DNA from: Dimorphilus gyrociliatus
Lineage: Eukaryota; Animalia; Annelida
DNA length: 64,000 bases
Direction: 5' to 3'
NCBI GenBank assembly: GCA_904063045.1
Contig: CAJFCJ010000004.1
Location: 1,047,713-1,111,712 of the forward strand
In this document: in pieces, positions 14,461 to 27,415 of the stretch
Numbering within the stretch: the first letter of the stretch is position 1
How the letters are laid out: the number at the start of each line of letters is the position of its first letter
Made by a program: the position numbers and the translations under genes
Notes under the pieces: generated by a model
Seen by the model: the letters and a program-made list of their open reading frames with translations, nothing else
What the model was told of the DNA's origin: nothing
The model's database searches: none

Positions 14461-15912
14461 CCAAAAAAACTTATCTTATTTTAAAGCAAAACATGATAAT
14501 CCTTATCTCTGATGGTCTTCGAAAAAATCTTTGTCTTCCAAATTTACATATTTTGTTTTCCCTTTTCCTGGCTGGACCAATTTTTAAAATCAAATAAATG
14601 CAGTTATTTAGACTAATCATTGTATTTAAATATAATTTACTGGACAAAACTACCATTTCGTGAATTTGAAATTATATCCAATGTGTTCTATATTTTATAA
14701 TATACCAAGTGGACAGTAGATTAAAAGTAATACGTATATCGATAGAGTATTTACATAAAAACAATTATAGCTGAATATACATTGTATTTTATTCATCTAT
14801 ATTTATTGTTGTGAAGTGGTTCATTTCTTAAGATTTATTAAATAACATAGAAATGAAGAATAAGTGAAAAATTAAAGAGAGAAAAACAATAATGCCAACC
14901 TTCCTTCTGAAAATATAAACGTATTTAGTAAATACAAACTAGTATTCTGAGAATAGTATTTACATACAATTATCTATGTAAATATCAATCTTCATACATT
15001 TTTTCTTAGTAATAAATTAACCATAATGTATTATATAATATTTATGATGGAAAGTTCTTCCATCATAGAATACTCATTGTAATAAGCATAATAATTCTCT
15101 CTATCATATATGATTTATGTAATTATGTATAATTTAAAAATAAAAAGAACATATATATTCAAACATATTTTAATAATTAATATAAAAAAATGATGCTCAT
15201 CCTAATTATCATCAGTATTATTCTATCAAAAAAAATGAGAGAAAGGGGGCAGCAGGGACAGAAAATTCTCTTTCATTGATTTATTGACCATTGTCTTCTT
15301 TATCTACTTGAAAACAATTTAAACCAGCTTGAATTAATCATGCCATTGTTTTTAAAAACACATAAGTAGATAAAGAAAGAAATATACTAACATTTACATA
15401 AGCCTATTTTATCCTCAATAAAAAAGATTAGTCTATTTTCTTAATACATTTAAGATGAGACTAGCTAGGATGAAATAATTCATATTAGTGACTGAAGGTG
15501 ACCCTTAGATATTATGCTATGAATTTTTAAAAGAGATTAAATAGGGTCTGAAAGGATTATTTGTACATTATTATTTTTCACCTAAATAGGATGTTATTTG
15601 AAATAAAGGTTTCTCAGTATCTCTCTTTAGTACAAACATCTATGTCCTAATCATATCAATTTTCAGTCTCTAAAATAATAGGAAAATTACTTATCTTATT
15701 TACTTGATACTGTACGGATATCCTGTGTCAATTATATACAAATAACAAAATTTGATGATATTAAACAATTTTATTGACAAAAATGGATAATCGTATGATA
15801 CGACTTATCTATAAATATTGCTCAGTCTGCCAGTAGTATGATAGCAACTAATCACTTCACAACTGAAGCAGATTTTCTACCTAACAAACCTTCTATTAAA
15901 TAAAACAGAACT

Positions 15913-16581
15913 ATGAAATATTTTGCCGTCGTATTTTTGGCTTTCTTTGCCTGTAACTATTTATTAATTTTTAAATTATTATTGTTATTAATACATATTT
16001 TCTTTGATCAGCCGCCTATGGAAGAAATTATTGCAATTGTCCAAGAAATTATGATCCAGTATGTGGCAATGATAACAACCAATATTCTAACGAATGTGAA
16101 ATGGAATGCAAGTAAGATCATTATATATTACGGACGGAAAGTATTTCATTTCATAATGTTTCTTTCTTTCAAAAGAGGTGTACTCTTGAAACACCGTGGA
16201 CCATGTGACTCTCCAAGAGATGTTGCACCAGTTTGTTTCTGTCCATTTATCTACAGTCCCGTTTGCGGTAGTGACGGAAAAACATATTCTAACGGCTGTG
16301 AAGCTGAATGTGCTGGAGCTAAAGCTGTAACTACTGGAGAATGTCCCAAAGTTTGTAACTGCTTTAAAGATTACGATCCCAAATGCGGCACTGACGGTCG
16401 TACTTATGCTAACACTTGCGAGGCTCAATGCCAAGGTGTTGGCATCATCCATTCCGGACGTTGCAACTGCTTGACAACATTGGACTTAAATCCAGTCTGC
16501 TCCTACAACGGAAGAACTTATGACAACCCATCTCAAGCCGCTTGCGAATTTGCTCCAATTAGAAAATTGGGTCATTGTTAA
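15913..16581 (+). CDS. Secreted four-domain Kazal-type serine protease inhibitor (exons 15913-15952, 16012-16111, 16176-16581)
   Basis: Signal peptide MKYFAVVFLAFFASAYG. Exon 2, in a different frame from the ORF track, encodes CNCPRNYDPVCGNDNNQYSNECEMEC. It is followed by CFCPFIYSPVCGSDGKTYSNGCEAEC, CNCFKDYDPKCGTDGRTYANTCEAQC and a fourth, atypical domain. Confidence 0.93.
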   Translation: MKYFAVVFLAFFACNYLLIFKLLLLLIHIFFDQPPMEEIIAIVQEIMIQYVAMITTNILTNVKWNASKIIIYYGRKVFHFIMFLSFKRGVLLKHRGPCDSPRDVAPVCFCPFIYSPVCGSDGKTYSNGCEAECAGAKAVTTGECPKVCNCFKDYDPKCGTDGRTYANTCEAQCQGVGIIHSGRCNCLTTLDLNPVCSYNGRTYDNPSQAACEFAPIRKLGHC

Positions 16582-17238
16582 TTTAGAAAAAGGAAAAATA
16601 TTCCAAAAATTCAAAATTCCTTATGTTAGAAAGCATTTTAACTATGATTTTCCTAAGAAAAAGTATTAGATTTGGTGGTGCAATAATTGTTAAAAGCTTT
16701 ATATGTCCGTTTTTATAAACAAAATAGATATTTTCATCAATAAAATAGTGAATTTCAAAATTTCAAATTGATGTTAATCACTTTAGAGATTTTTTTTTAT
16801 TAAAAATTTATCATAAAATTATCCATTAGATCGATTTTAATCATTTAGTCGAAAAATTTGTTTTTTTTAGATAATAAATAATAAAAAATATTAAGCTATT
16901 ATTTCAATATTAGGGGAAAAATTAGATGCATTATTCCAGTCAATAAACGATTAAATGTTAGCCTATTGCAAAATGCATAACATTTATAAAAATTTCAATA
17001 AGCTTGAACACTTGCTATTCGAGATTACCTCAATTTTTACAATATTAGACAATGTTACAATTGTATTTAAGGTTTTTTTTTATAAAAACCATATGTGAAC
17101 ATTTAACGAACAGCTTTATTTATAATTTTCCTCTGGGTGCGCCCATTACAATTATTCATTCACTAATTACTGTAAAAAGTTAATTCAGCTATTACACTTT
17201 CAGTGTAGATACAATAGCTGAGTATTTCTCGTTTCAGC

Positions 17239-19405
17239 ATGGAGAGCTTGTTTAAATGTTTATTGGTTATTACTTTATGTTCAATTGGAAATCTTGAAAA
17301 GCCAAACGTTAAAATAAGAGTTACAGAAAATGGACTACGTTTCAGTTAGTTATACTACAATAAAATTGAATGCTTTGTAAAATATATTAAGACTTCCTGA
17401 ACTATTTGTTTCCTAGTTAACGATTTTGCACCGGATATAATCATGGAGGCATTAAGAGAGATAAAGTTTCCGAATATTGGAGAGAGTTCTTATGGATTAG
17501 AAGCAGAAATATACAAGTAAAAATAATATTTACAAATATCAGGACAAATAATATAATATCTGTATATATACATTTGTTAACAATTTAGTATAAGACTGGT
17601 TGAAATACCTAAAAGACTGGATGTTGATATTTATACTGTTGAAGGAGTTGGCTTACAAATTTACGTACGAAATGTGTTCATTAAGATTCGGTCTGATTAT
17701 TCTTATAAGTTTTGGTCTATAAGGTAAAACAAGAGTATACATTACAAAATATTACTCAAAACTAAAATATGAAAATACAACAGTTCTAGCAAAGGAACGA
17801 TGGATGTTGATACAGTAAATTTTGGCGTGAAAGTTTTAATTTCTAATGATAATAGTAGTGGAAAACCATCACTTCAAATTACTGAATGTACTTCGTCAGG
17901 AGATGTTGCTATTTCTTTTGGTCATGATATTGGGTATATAAAAAAATTGTATATAATTGTGCACTTGTCATTTAAATCTAATTCAGATCTGTTTTGAACA
18001 TAATCACAACGATATTCCGCAAAGATTTGGTCAATTTAGTTAAAAATTCGATATGTACAACTGGTAGAGAAAAAATTAATGATGTCCTTAAGCGATATTT
18101 GCCAAATGGTAACAAAATACGATCGTAAAGTTCAAATCAAACTGTGTATATATAATTCTATTTATTATGACGAATAGCTAAATTTCCGGTGAATATTGAT
18201 TCAAAAAAGTACTCTTTTAGCTTAAGTTTAACGGAACCAGTCACTTTTAAAAAAGATTATTTTGATATAAAGGAAAGGGTAATATATCATTTCGTTAAGT
18301 TTAAAATATCAACACTTTTTAGGGTTTAAATTTATTAGGTAGAGCTATTAGAATTTAACTCTCAATCGAAATATCCTGTCGCACCACCTCAAATACCTGA
18401 TATGGACAATAATGTTTCAAAAATGGTCTACTTGGTTTTATCAAGCCATGTTATTAATTCTGCATCATACTCACTATTTAGAGCTGGTGGATTGTCGATA
18501 AGAATAAGCAAAAATTCTCCATTTATTCCTCCAGAAATGAAAAAATACTTTCGTTCAACTTGCCAAGAGAATGAAATATGCTTGGGAAATTATCTTCAAA
18601 CAGTAAGTATATAATTTTGTTATTCTCCATTTCCTACAATTTAGAGAATTTACTAAAAATGTAGATAAAGACAAAATATCCTAATCACTCTTTGTCGTTA
18701 TTTGTACGAGCACTCAGACAGCCAACTGTTTCAATAAATAATAATGAAATTAACTTGAAATTACAAGTTGCAATTGATTTAGAAGTTCAAAAGGATAAGA
18801 TGTACTTTAGCATCCTTGAATCAAAAGTGGTAAGTATCAACGCACAATATCATTTATTATGTAAAATATTACAACTAAATAACTGGAAATTATTTAGAAT
18901 TCATCTATTGATTGCGTACTAAATTTAGCTGGAGACGGTGTTGACCTTGATGTTACCGATATAAGGTAAACAAAAATTATTGTTGTGATTAGGAAAATTT
19001 ATTGATTCATTTATCGACAGAGCAAAATTTGTAGTTGATAAAACAGAAATTAGTTTCTTTAAGTATGGTTCATTCCTAATAAATGGTTTGGCAAAAACAT
19101 TCTTCCAAACTGTCTTAATTCCTGAAATTAACGGTAAAGCCCCTTTAAACAACTAATACTGCTTAGTTTACTTTTTCAAAGCTATAAATAATATAATTGT
19201 AATTAGCTCAAGGACCATTTCAAATTCCAATTATACAAGACATTCTTAAGATTGGTAATTTAAAGCTCGTCAACACAGGACATAAAGTAAGATACAATAT
19301 AATTTAATCGTATGAAGCATAATAAATCAAAATATTTCTCTTTAATAGGATATTTTAGCAGTTGGTGGAGATCTGACGCTAGGAATAGAATTAAAAGAAC
19401 TTTAA
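17239..19405 (+). CDS. LBP/BPI family lipid-binding protein (about 12 small exons)
   Basis: Signal peptide then PNVKIRVTENGLRF. N-domain cysteines in ITECTSS and NSICTT. C-domain motif PPQIPD...KMVYLVLSSHVINSASYSLFRAGGL, then ICLGNYLQT|IKTKYPN. Ends DILAVGGDLTLGIELKEL* (TAA 19403-19405). All exons join in frame through GT-AG introns. Confidence 0.88.
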
Positions 19406-20780
19406 TAATATTCATGAATAAGGAAAATTATAACTTATTATAAAAACAATATTATGTGTCTTTGAGATAGATAAAGATGAAAAGAAATCTTTATCTTTCA
19501 TTTCTAGTACACAATATTTTTAATCTTTGCAAAAATACAGCTTTAGTATTCTCTTAGTCCATTTAACTTAGTTTTTTATTGAACGAATACTAAGTAAATT
19601 ATTGATAATTAAATTAATTAAATATCATATTGATAAATGCCCGCCAAAAATTGAGTACATATACTATTAATATTAATTTCCTGTTCTTGGACAATATGAA
19701 AGTTGTTTTATTGGAATGTTTGCTGCCATTGTATTTATTATATTACAAACTAAACTAAATTGTAATATTAGCTCTAACGATACAACTGGAAATATTTGAT
19801 CATATATTGCATTGTTTTAAACAAGAAGAAACTAGAACAATCAAACGGATAAGATAAAATATTACAAGAAATTTTTCGTAGAGCGAAAGAGTTGAAAAGA
19901 TTTAAAAAGACACTCCAGGCAAATTATTATATATATATGAAGTCTGACATAAAGTATGGCTTTTTTTTGTTGCAAGTAGGTAGTTGCTTTTCATTTCTAC
20001 ATGATCATATAGATGGCGTCCAGTGATGTTGTATTTGTCATAAAAGTTAGAATTTATCATATGTATCCATTATTTGATGATATAAATATCTATTAAAACA
20101 CAATATACTTTACATATATATATGAGATTTATCAAAATTTTGCTAACTTGTCAAAATTTAAAAGGATAGATTATCCTTGAAGGAAATCAATTATATCATA
20201 AAAATTTTTCCGAGTAATAGAATATAATACAATTGAAAAACCATAAACTAAAGAATTTATAGAACTAATCAGATAGTTCAGCTTGTTAAATTTAAAAAAT
20301 AAAATATGAATGTTAAACTGATTTTTTGAACACTTAAGCCTTTCATGTAGAATCCTCAAAAATTAAATATACGTAATAATAACTTTGTTAATTAATAGCC
20401 TTGGTTACCATAATATAATGGAAAGTTTATATTGATTATAATACATGTATCGACATCATAATACAAAAAAAACAGATATATCTTTAAAATGTTGCAGTAT
20501 GAAGGACTTTCTTTTAAAATATACCTGTAACAATTTTCCAAGAAACATATATAAACAGAGAAAGAAAACAGAGGAAAATCTTTAAAAATCATTTTATTGT
20601 AATGAAACATATATTGACAGACAAATAATTATAAAAAAACTAATATACGGTATCTTATCTATAAGGTGTGTATAATAAAGCTAAAAATATTTAGAATTTT
20701 CTATACAAACATCTATTTATAACAATGTACAACAACAAAATTGAACATCCGATAATATTTATTAAAACCTTGATTATAAT

Positions 20781-21797
20781 TCAATTTCTTTCAGGAATTC
20801 GACAGAATTTCGAAATCATCTTTTTCCAATCAGTTCTAAATCTAGAACTTGAAAAATAATACACAAAAAAATTTAAAGCATTATTTCCAAAATAGATAAA
20901 AACTACTATTTGTTTAATATTGGCTGGAAAGACATTTCTTATTACAAAGGGAACGTAACATAATACAAATAAAACTGTTAATATAATTAAGACTTTTGCC
21001 AATTTCTTCGCTTCGCTGGCCTTTACTTTCTTAGTAGTTTTAATTGTTTTCTTTAAAGTTGAAGTTGTTGACAGATATTTATTTGTTTGATAATTTGACT
21101 TTAATGTAAAGACTGTTGTGTTTTCAATGGAGCTTTGAGCGTTGGAATTACTTGAAACTGAATATCCTTGATTCTCAATAGATGGACTTGCTGAGCTAAC
21201 AGAGCGAACATTAGGTCTTATCTTATTTTTTTCCCTTTTCCATAAAGCCAAAAAGGCTAAGGTATACATTACAACAACTATAGAAAGTAGTACAAAGAAA
21301 AGTGTAAAGATGAACAAGCTAAAATACTGTCTAGCGTATATCGATACCAGCTTTTTCGCTCCAACAACTATCACAGTAATAAAGATATCAAAGAAAACAA
21401 CATATATCGCTCTGTTACCCTTTAGAATAAATATTAATGGTTTCGCTAAGGCAATATATCTATCAATAGATATTGAAGTGAATAAAATGCCCATAAATAT
21501 GAAAACATAATCCAAAATAAGCCCGAATGTTGTAAGTCCTTCATTGACTATTTTACCAAAAGCAAAGGCTATAGCAAGAGGTATTACAAATAAACAGGTT
21601 ATCACATCTACTATAGCTAAAGTAATAATAAAAATTCTAGAGCTATTTTTTTCCCTATTTCTATAAATTACCAGAATACATAAATTTCCAAAAATACCAA
21701 GTAAGAAGATAATTGAAATGAAAACTAAGAATATATAGATTGCAATAGGTACAGCTTGCCACAGTTTGTCAGTTGAAGTACTATTTGAAAATTCCAT
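20781..21797 (-). CDS. Intronless orphan class A (rhodopsin-like) GPCR
   Basis: Seven hydrophobic segments with GIFGN (TM1), LAIVD (TM2), SIDRY (TM3), FVLCYVP (TM6), NNALNFFVY (TM7) and helix 8 SSRFR. The first ATG is at 21797 (MEFSNST, N-glycosylation site); the ORF track start at 21812 is a GTG. Confidence 0.92.
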   Translation of the reverse strand: MEFSNSTSTDKLWQAVPIAIYIFLVFISIIFLLGIFGNLCILVIYRNREKNSSRIFIITLAIVDVITCLFVIPLAIAFAFGKIVNEGLTTFGLILDYVFIFMGILFTSISIDRYIALAKPLIFILKGNRAIYVVFFDIFITVIVVGAKKLVSIYARQYFSLFIFTLFFVLLSIVVVMYTLAFLALWKREKNKIRPNVRSVSSASPSIENQGYSVSSNSNAQSSIENTTVFTLKSNYQTNKYLSTTSTLKKTIKTTKKVKASEAKKLAKVLIILTVLFVLCYVPFVIRNVFPANIKQIVVFIYFGNNALNFFVYYFSSSRFRTDWKKMISKFCRIPERN

Positions 21798-23570
21798 AAG
21801 GTAATGTAACACGACGACTTAGCTTACTTTTTAAGTAAAAATACTTAAAGAAAACAACAGCAATTCAAGCTAGCCGAAATTGTCAAGTTTGTCAAATTAT
21901 TTCATGAGTTTTTCTGTGAGAAAGAGTGCAGAAATTATGTATATAAATGCATGGACACTAATGGCAATACCATTGATCTTCCCATGTTATAAGTACTTTC
22001 AAAAGAAACCTGAATCGAGTTATAGCATCCGATTATACTAAGAAATGGATGCGAAATTTCTTATTATATTGGTTAAATACGTTTATAAAGGCATAATGTT
22101 TTATATAAAATCTACTGCAAATTAATCATTACATTTCTTTCATTTATTACTTTTTGTAAAAACAACACTGTATAATTTAGCTGTGATAATACAAAGGATT
22201 CAAAATTTGATAATATAAAACTAAGAGATAATAAAATTTTTGCTATATTCGAAATAGAATATCGTTCCACCTGCTGTTTATATATAAACGACTCTAATCT
22301 TTCCTTAGCTCTTTTTATAACAAAAAACATGTAAAATAGGTAATAACATTTATATAGATAAAGTGAAAGTAGGTCAGATATTAATTGTAACTAATAGAAA
22401 TAATTATGTAATTTAAATAGAATTCTTTGCTTTTAAAAGTCTGTATGTTAATACTCTCTTTAATTATTAAATAACCATTTTTCATTAGTTATTAAGCAAT
22501 TGTTTGCGTAATACATTCAATATTTTTATTTTTATATTGTGTAATAGTTTGAAAAGATGAAAATAAAAGAGATTTTTATCAGTCCATCTGCTACTTTCGT
22601 TCTAATATTATGTAAAAAAGAACAAGACAACTGTAAAGTTCCTAGCCTATATCTGATAAAATTTAGTGACGTTTTGTACCAATTAAATATTTTATTTGCC
22701 TAAAAATAAAATTTTTTTTGCTACAACAGTCGAATAGATTACCAAAAAAATATTAAATATTAATTATATCACGTATAGATAAAATAGGCCTACTATCAAT
22801 AAATTATTCCTTTTTTATCCTAATAGGAATTATATTTAATTTTTCAACAAACCCGAGCAATTTTATATTAAATACATATACTATTTTATTAATAAATAGC
22901 TTATGTTTTATTGTTTATCTAGTTTTCATTGAAAAAAAACCAAGAAAAGCTTGAATGTTTTTCCTTTTTTGCTATTTTTGAATTCGTTAGTTTGATTTCT
23001 ATTCTGCGTTAGTCAGAAGCTACAGTAGAACTTTACGAATAACATTATCTCAACATTATGCTAAGCTATTTGTTGCCGAAATAAAAGTTCAAGTACAACA
23101 AGTTGGATTTTTATGAAGAGTTTTTCTATTATCTAATCTATGCTTTTCCAATGTTTAAATTTAAAAGAAAACTTCTTTTTTACCGTATATGCTTTAATTG
23201 ATATTTCCGGATGAAAGTTTGATTTAAACTTTTTATTTCATTTCGTTTAATAAAGGTAAAAGAATTTGAATTATATTCGATTTAGGGAAATAAATCTACT
23301 TTGAGAGGAGCTTAATTTATTAAGTATATTGGAGTATAAAGTACATTACGTGTCTATGATATATAAAGATAAAAATACTTATTAAGGCATTTTTATTGTT
23401 ATTTTCAATATAGACTAGACTATCTATCATTGTCCACCTAGTAATAATTAGATATACAGTGTGAAAATAGGTTAAAGAACATATGGTTAATGATTCATAC
23501 TTGCACGGTAAATGGTCAATCTATGTGCGCAATTCGTCCTTGATGAACGTTCGAATATTCACTCGTTAAC

Positions 23571-26500
23571 ATGGTTCAACTGAACTTTTATATAATGCTT
23601 TTACTACTTACTGTGGATAAAGTTGCAGAAGTATCTCTAGCAAGACAAAATTATAATTCTCGTTTATGTGTTGCAACCTGCTATGCAAGATGTAAAGATT
23701 TAAATTTTAAGGTAAGATTTTCTTGAATATTTTATTCAAAAATGTAATATTTTAATTATCAATACGATTTTCTGAAAATGCACAATTATACAAATATCTT
23801 TATTTTTACAGCCTGCATACTATAGACCATTGGTATGTATGTTTTAATTTAAATGGCATGAAAATTACCTTGTATTTCGTCTGTAGATTAAATGTCAGAA
23901 TCAATGTAGAACATTAGAAAGTCATACTTGTCTTGTAAGTATTTCGAAATAATCGCTATAACTTATTGCTTTTAGTAAAGTTAATTTGCAAAAATCTGTA
24001 TTGATAGACAAACTTTACCAACTGCCAAGAGAGGTGTGTGACAGAAGTTAGACGTATTGTTCCCGACCCTAATTGTAGAGAATTATGTGCTGACCCATAT
24101 TTGCCAAATAAGCCGTCACCTTTAATTTCTTATAAAAATAATCCATACATTGTATTTGTCGAATGGAATGAGTCCTATACTCTTAATCATAATTATTATA
24201 TTGTTGAAAACTTGAACGTAGAAAAATGCACTGGAAATACGTGCGCATGGAAACACATCGAGACGGTATAACGAATAGATGCTACTCTTCCAGTATTTAC
24301 TAATTTAATCTAAAAATTTCAATAAATTTTAGACTTCTAATACAACGAGCTACTTTTATATGGATGTATGCGAAAATAGGAAGATACGTGTTGCCTCAGT
24401 TAATCAACATGGTACAAGAGGATATTCCAATCCTATCATAAGAACAAGTATATAAAGCTATTTTCAATATACTACAATATTTAATTTACTTTTATTATCT
24501 TATGGAAAAGATTTCCCTCAACCAAAAGTTCAACTTTTGGATAATTCGTTCGGCGCAACTTTTGATGGTTACTATTTTTATATAAATGCAACTTGGACAA
24601 CACCTTTAGGTAATTAATACAAAAAAAGTTAAAATCTCTTCAACTTAACTACTTATAAGCCTTCGTTAACAGATTGGGATGAAAGAGACATTCAAGAATA
24701 CGTTATTAATCCACAAGTAGCGAAATATTGTGAACATACGACCTTACCACCAGTTCCCATTGTAGAAAGACGAGATGTATGATAATCTTAAATTGAAGTA
24801 ATATTTGAGAAGCATTCATCAAAAATAATATTTTCTTCTTAAAACAGAAATTTTCAGCCGATATACGAATATTTATATCTGGCTTTGGATGTTTGTATTA
24901 TTTTAATGTGACTGCAATTTCGAGATGTGGAGTTAAAGGCATTCCAGCTGTGTTTAGCGTTAAACTAGGTTGATATTCTTTTTTTAGCTATCTTGTTTGG
25001 AATATTGTTATTTCGTTAAAATTGCGCTAATACTTAATCCTTTTCTTATGTCTAGAGTGTCGATCAATTGATGGATTTGATTGTCCAACTGAAAGACGTC
25101 AGTATATATTAGTTTATATAATTTTTATAAAGTCAATACAAATGTTTTCTCTAAACAAAATAGCCAAACAACCTCCACAAGTGCAAAACTTAACAGTTAC
25201 TACCTTGTCCGGATATAATAACGTTAGAGTGAGCTGGAGGCTGCCCTTATGGAATGAATCCAGACCGGATTACTATTTTCTTATTTGGGGACCTTCCGAA
25301 AATTTTATTGCTCTTGATGATGTAGAGAACACCAAGCTAATGAATGACGTAACATATTTTTTAATCTTATGCACTTTAACGACCTATATTACACTATCTC
25401 TTTTTGTAGACAAATTTGACAGATGTATTTGAAACTGAGATTCACGTTCATAATATTACGCAACTATACCTTTTAGGGGTCAGTATGAATTTTCTTTAAG
25501 GAAAACGTTATAGTATTTAATACATAATAACAATTACACTAAAATAATATGTCATGATTATTATATAATATAGGTGGCACCACGAATTGGAAAGGTGATT
25601 AAGGATCCAGCCGATCTTCGAGATTCAGCGATTGCTTTCGCAAACTTTTTAGTAGGAGAAAGTAAATTTTGCAATACTGATTAACAACTATTAAAACAAA
25701 ATATTCACATTTTAATTAGGTGTTGCTACTGATACGCCTAACACAACAAACACAAAAGGAATACTCATTGGAGTACTTCTTGGAACAGCTGCAACCATTT
25801 GTATAGCAATTACGATTGGTTTGACTGTTGTACGAAAGAAGTTAAGAGAAAAACAAAGAAAACGATCTAATTTTTCGCCTAATCCTTTTTATTATAAATG
25901 GTACAGTTGTAGTAGTTTTGCATAATTAGAGTTGAATTATTATAAATATATAATTGACAGTAATGAGACGTCGGATTCCCCTAAACCAGATGCCTGGGAA
26001 GTAAATAGAAATGATCTGCAGATCAGTGAAATATTAGGCGAGGGTAATTTTGGGCAAGTTGTAAAGGCAACTCTTAAAGGAAGAGAGAAGCCAGTTGCTG
26101 TTAAAATGTTATTAGGTTTGGATTATTTTTTTTAAGCCTGCTAAGAAGAAGACTAATAGAAATTCATCCGTTACAGAATATAGCTCTGTCCATAGGCCGG
26201 ACTTTCTTCGAGAAATTCAGGTTATGAAACAAGTTGGAGAGCACGAAAATATCATTAATATGCTTGGATGTATAACAACCTCGGAGCCACCTTGCTTAAT
26301 AGTTGAACATATGCCAAAAGGCGACCTTTATCATTACCTACAAAATGCAAAGACGGAAAACAATCTTATCAATGTTGATAAGCTTTTAAATTTCTCCATT
26401 CAAATAGCTACAGCAATGAGTTTCTTATCGAGTAAGGGATTTGTTCATAGAGATTTAGCAGCAAGAAATATTTTACTAGACGAAGGTGATAAAATAAAGG

Positions 26501-26927
26501 TTGGGGATTTTGGTTTGGCAAGATTTATTCAGGATGACAGAATATACGTATGTCGTAAAGGAGCGAAACTTCCTGTTAAGTGGATGGCTATTGAAAGTAT
26601 CTTTGATCTAAGTTTTAGCTCTCAAAGTGACATGTAAATATATCTATTCTATTCTTAAATTAACTGTTTCTTAACTTGTGTGATATAATTAACAGATGGT
26701 CTTTCGGAATTGTCCTCTATGAACTTATAACGCATGGTTCAACACCATATCCATCATTTTCAAATGAAGAATTACTACCTTGCCTAAAAGCAGGTTACAG
26801 AATGCCAAAACCAACAGAATGCCCTGAAAAATTATATCAATTAATGATACAATGTTGGAATGCAATTCCCAATAGAAGGCCGTCTTTTGATAAACTAAAA
26901 AATGATTTGGAAGAGATGCTATCTTAA
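23571..26927 (+). CDS. Receptor tyrosine kinase: signal peptide, Cys-rich N-terminus, about 3 FN3 domains, TM, FGFR/RET/Torso-like kinase (about 15 exons)
   Basis: MVQLNFYIMLLLLTV signal. Cys-rich CVATCYARC...CQNQC...CQERC...CRELC. FN3 motifs RVASVNQHGTRGYSNP and PPQVQNLTV...VSWRLP. TM GILIGVLLGTAATICIAITIGLTVV. Kinase motifs LGEGNFGQV, VAVKML, HRDLAARNILL, DFGLAR, LPVKWMAIES and SDI|WSFGIVLYE. Confidence 0.93.
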
Positions 26928-27384
26928 TTTTCAAAACATTTATGACAAACCTTTTTTTATAATTTATATCTCTTTTTCACTAATTTTTTTTAAGTATTTC
27001 TTGATTGATAATTAATTAATGGTTATATATTTTCTCCTTTTACTACAACCATTGTCTCAACTTTATCATAGAAATATATTACAATGTACATAACTGAAAA
27101 ACTTGAATGAAAAGTGACAAAATATTTGAAATGTCAAAATCAAAGAAAAGAAGAGAATTTCTATATTAATTTTAACATTTTCGTATAAAGTAGTTTGTAC
27201 TTTTTTTATTATGATTCTGCAAAACAAAATAGAAAATAGTAAACTATTGGAAAATTTAGTATTCATATTGATTTCCTGTGTAGTTTACAATACTTCCTCA
27301 AGTATAACTTGGCATATTGCGCCATATAAACGACTATTGGATTTAGTATACAGCTGTTTCAATAGCGATAACTTTTTGGACGTT

Positions 27385-27415
27385 TTTTATATATGTATAT
27401 ATATATATATATAAT
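27385..27415. repeat. (TA)n microsatellite
   Basis: tatatatgtatatatatatatatataat run in intergenic DNA. Confidence 0.8.

Noticed and set aside
15953-16175. ORF-track peptide CNYLLIFKLLLL...FLSFKR read as a hydrophobic domain
   Set aside because: It is two introns plus an exon read in the wrong frame; the correct frame is a Kazal domain.
18925-19152. 75-aa minus-strand ORF
   Set aside because: Antisense to LBP/BPI exons 9-10.
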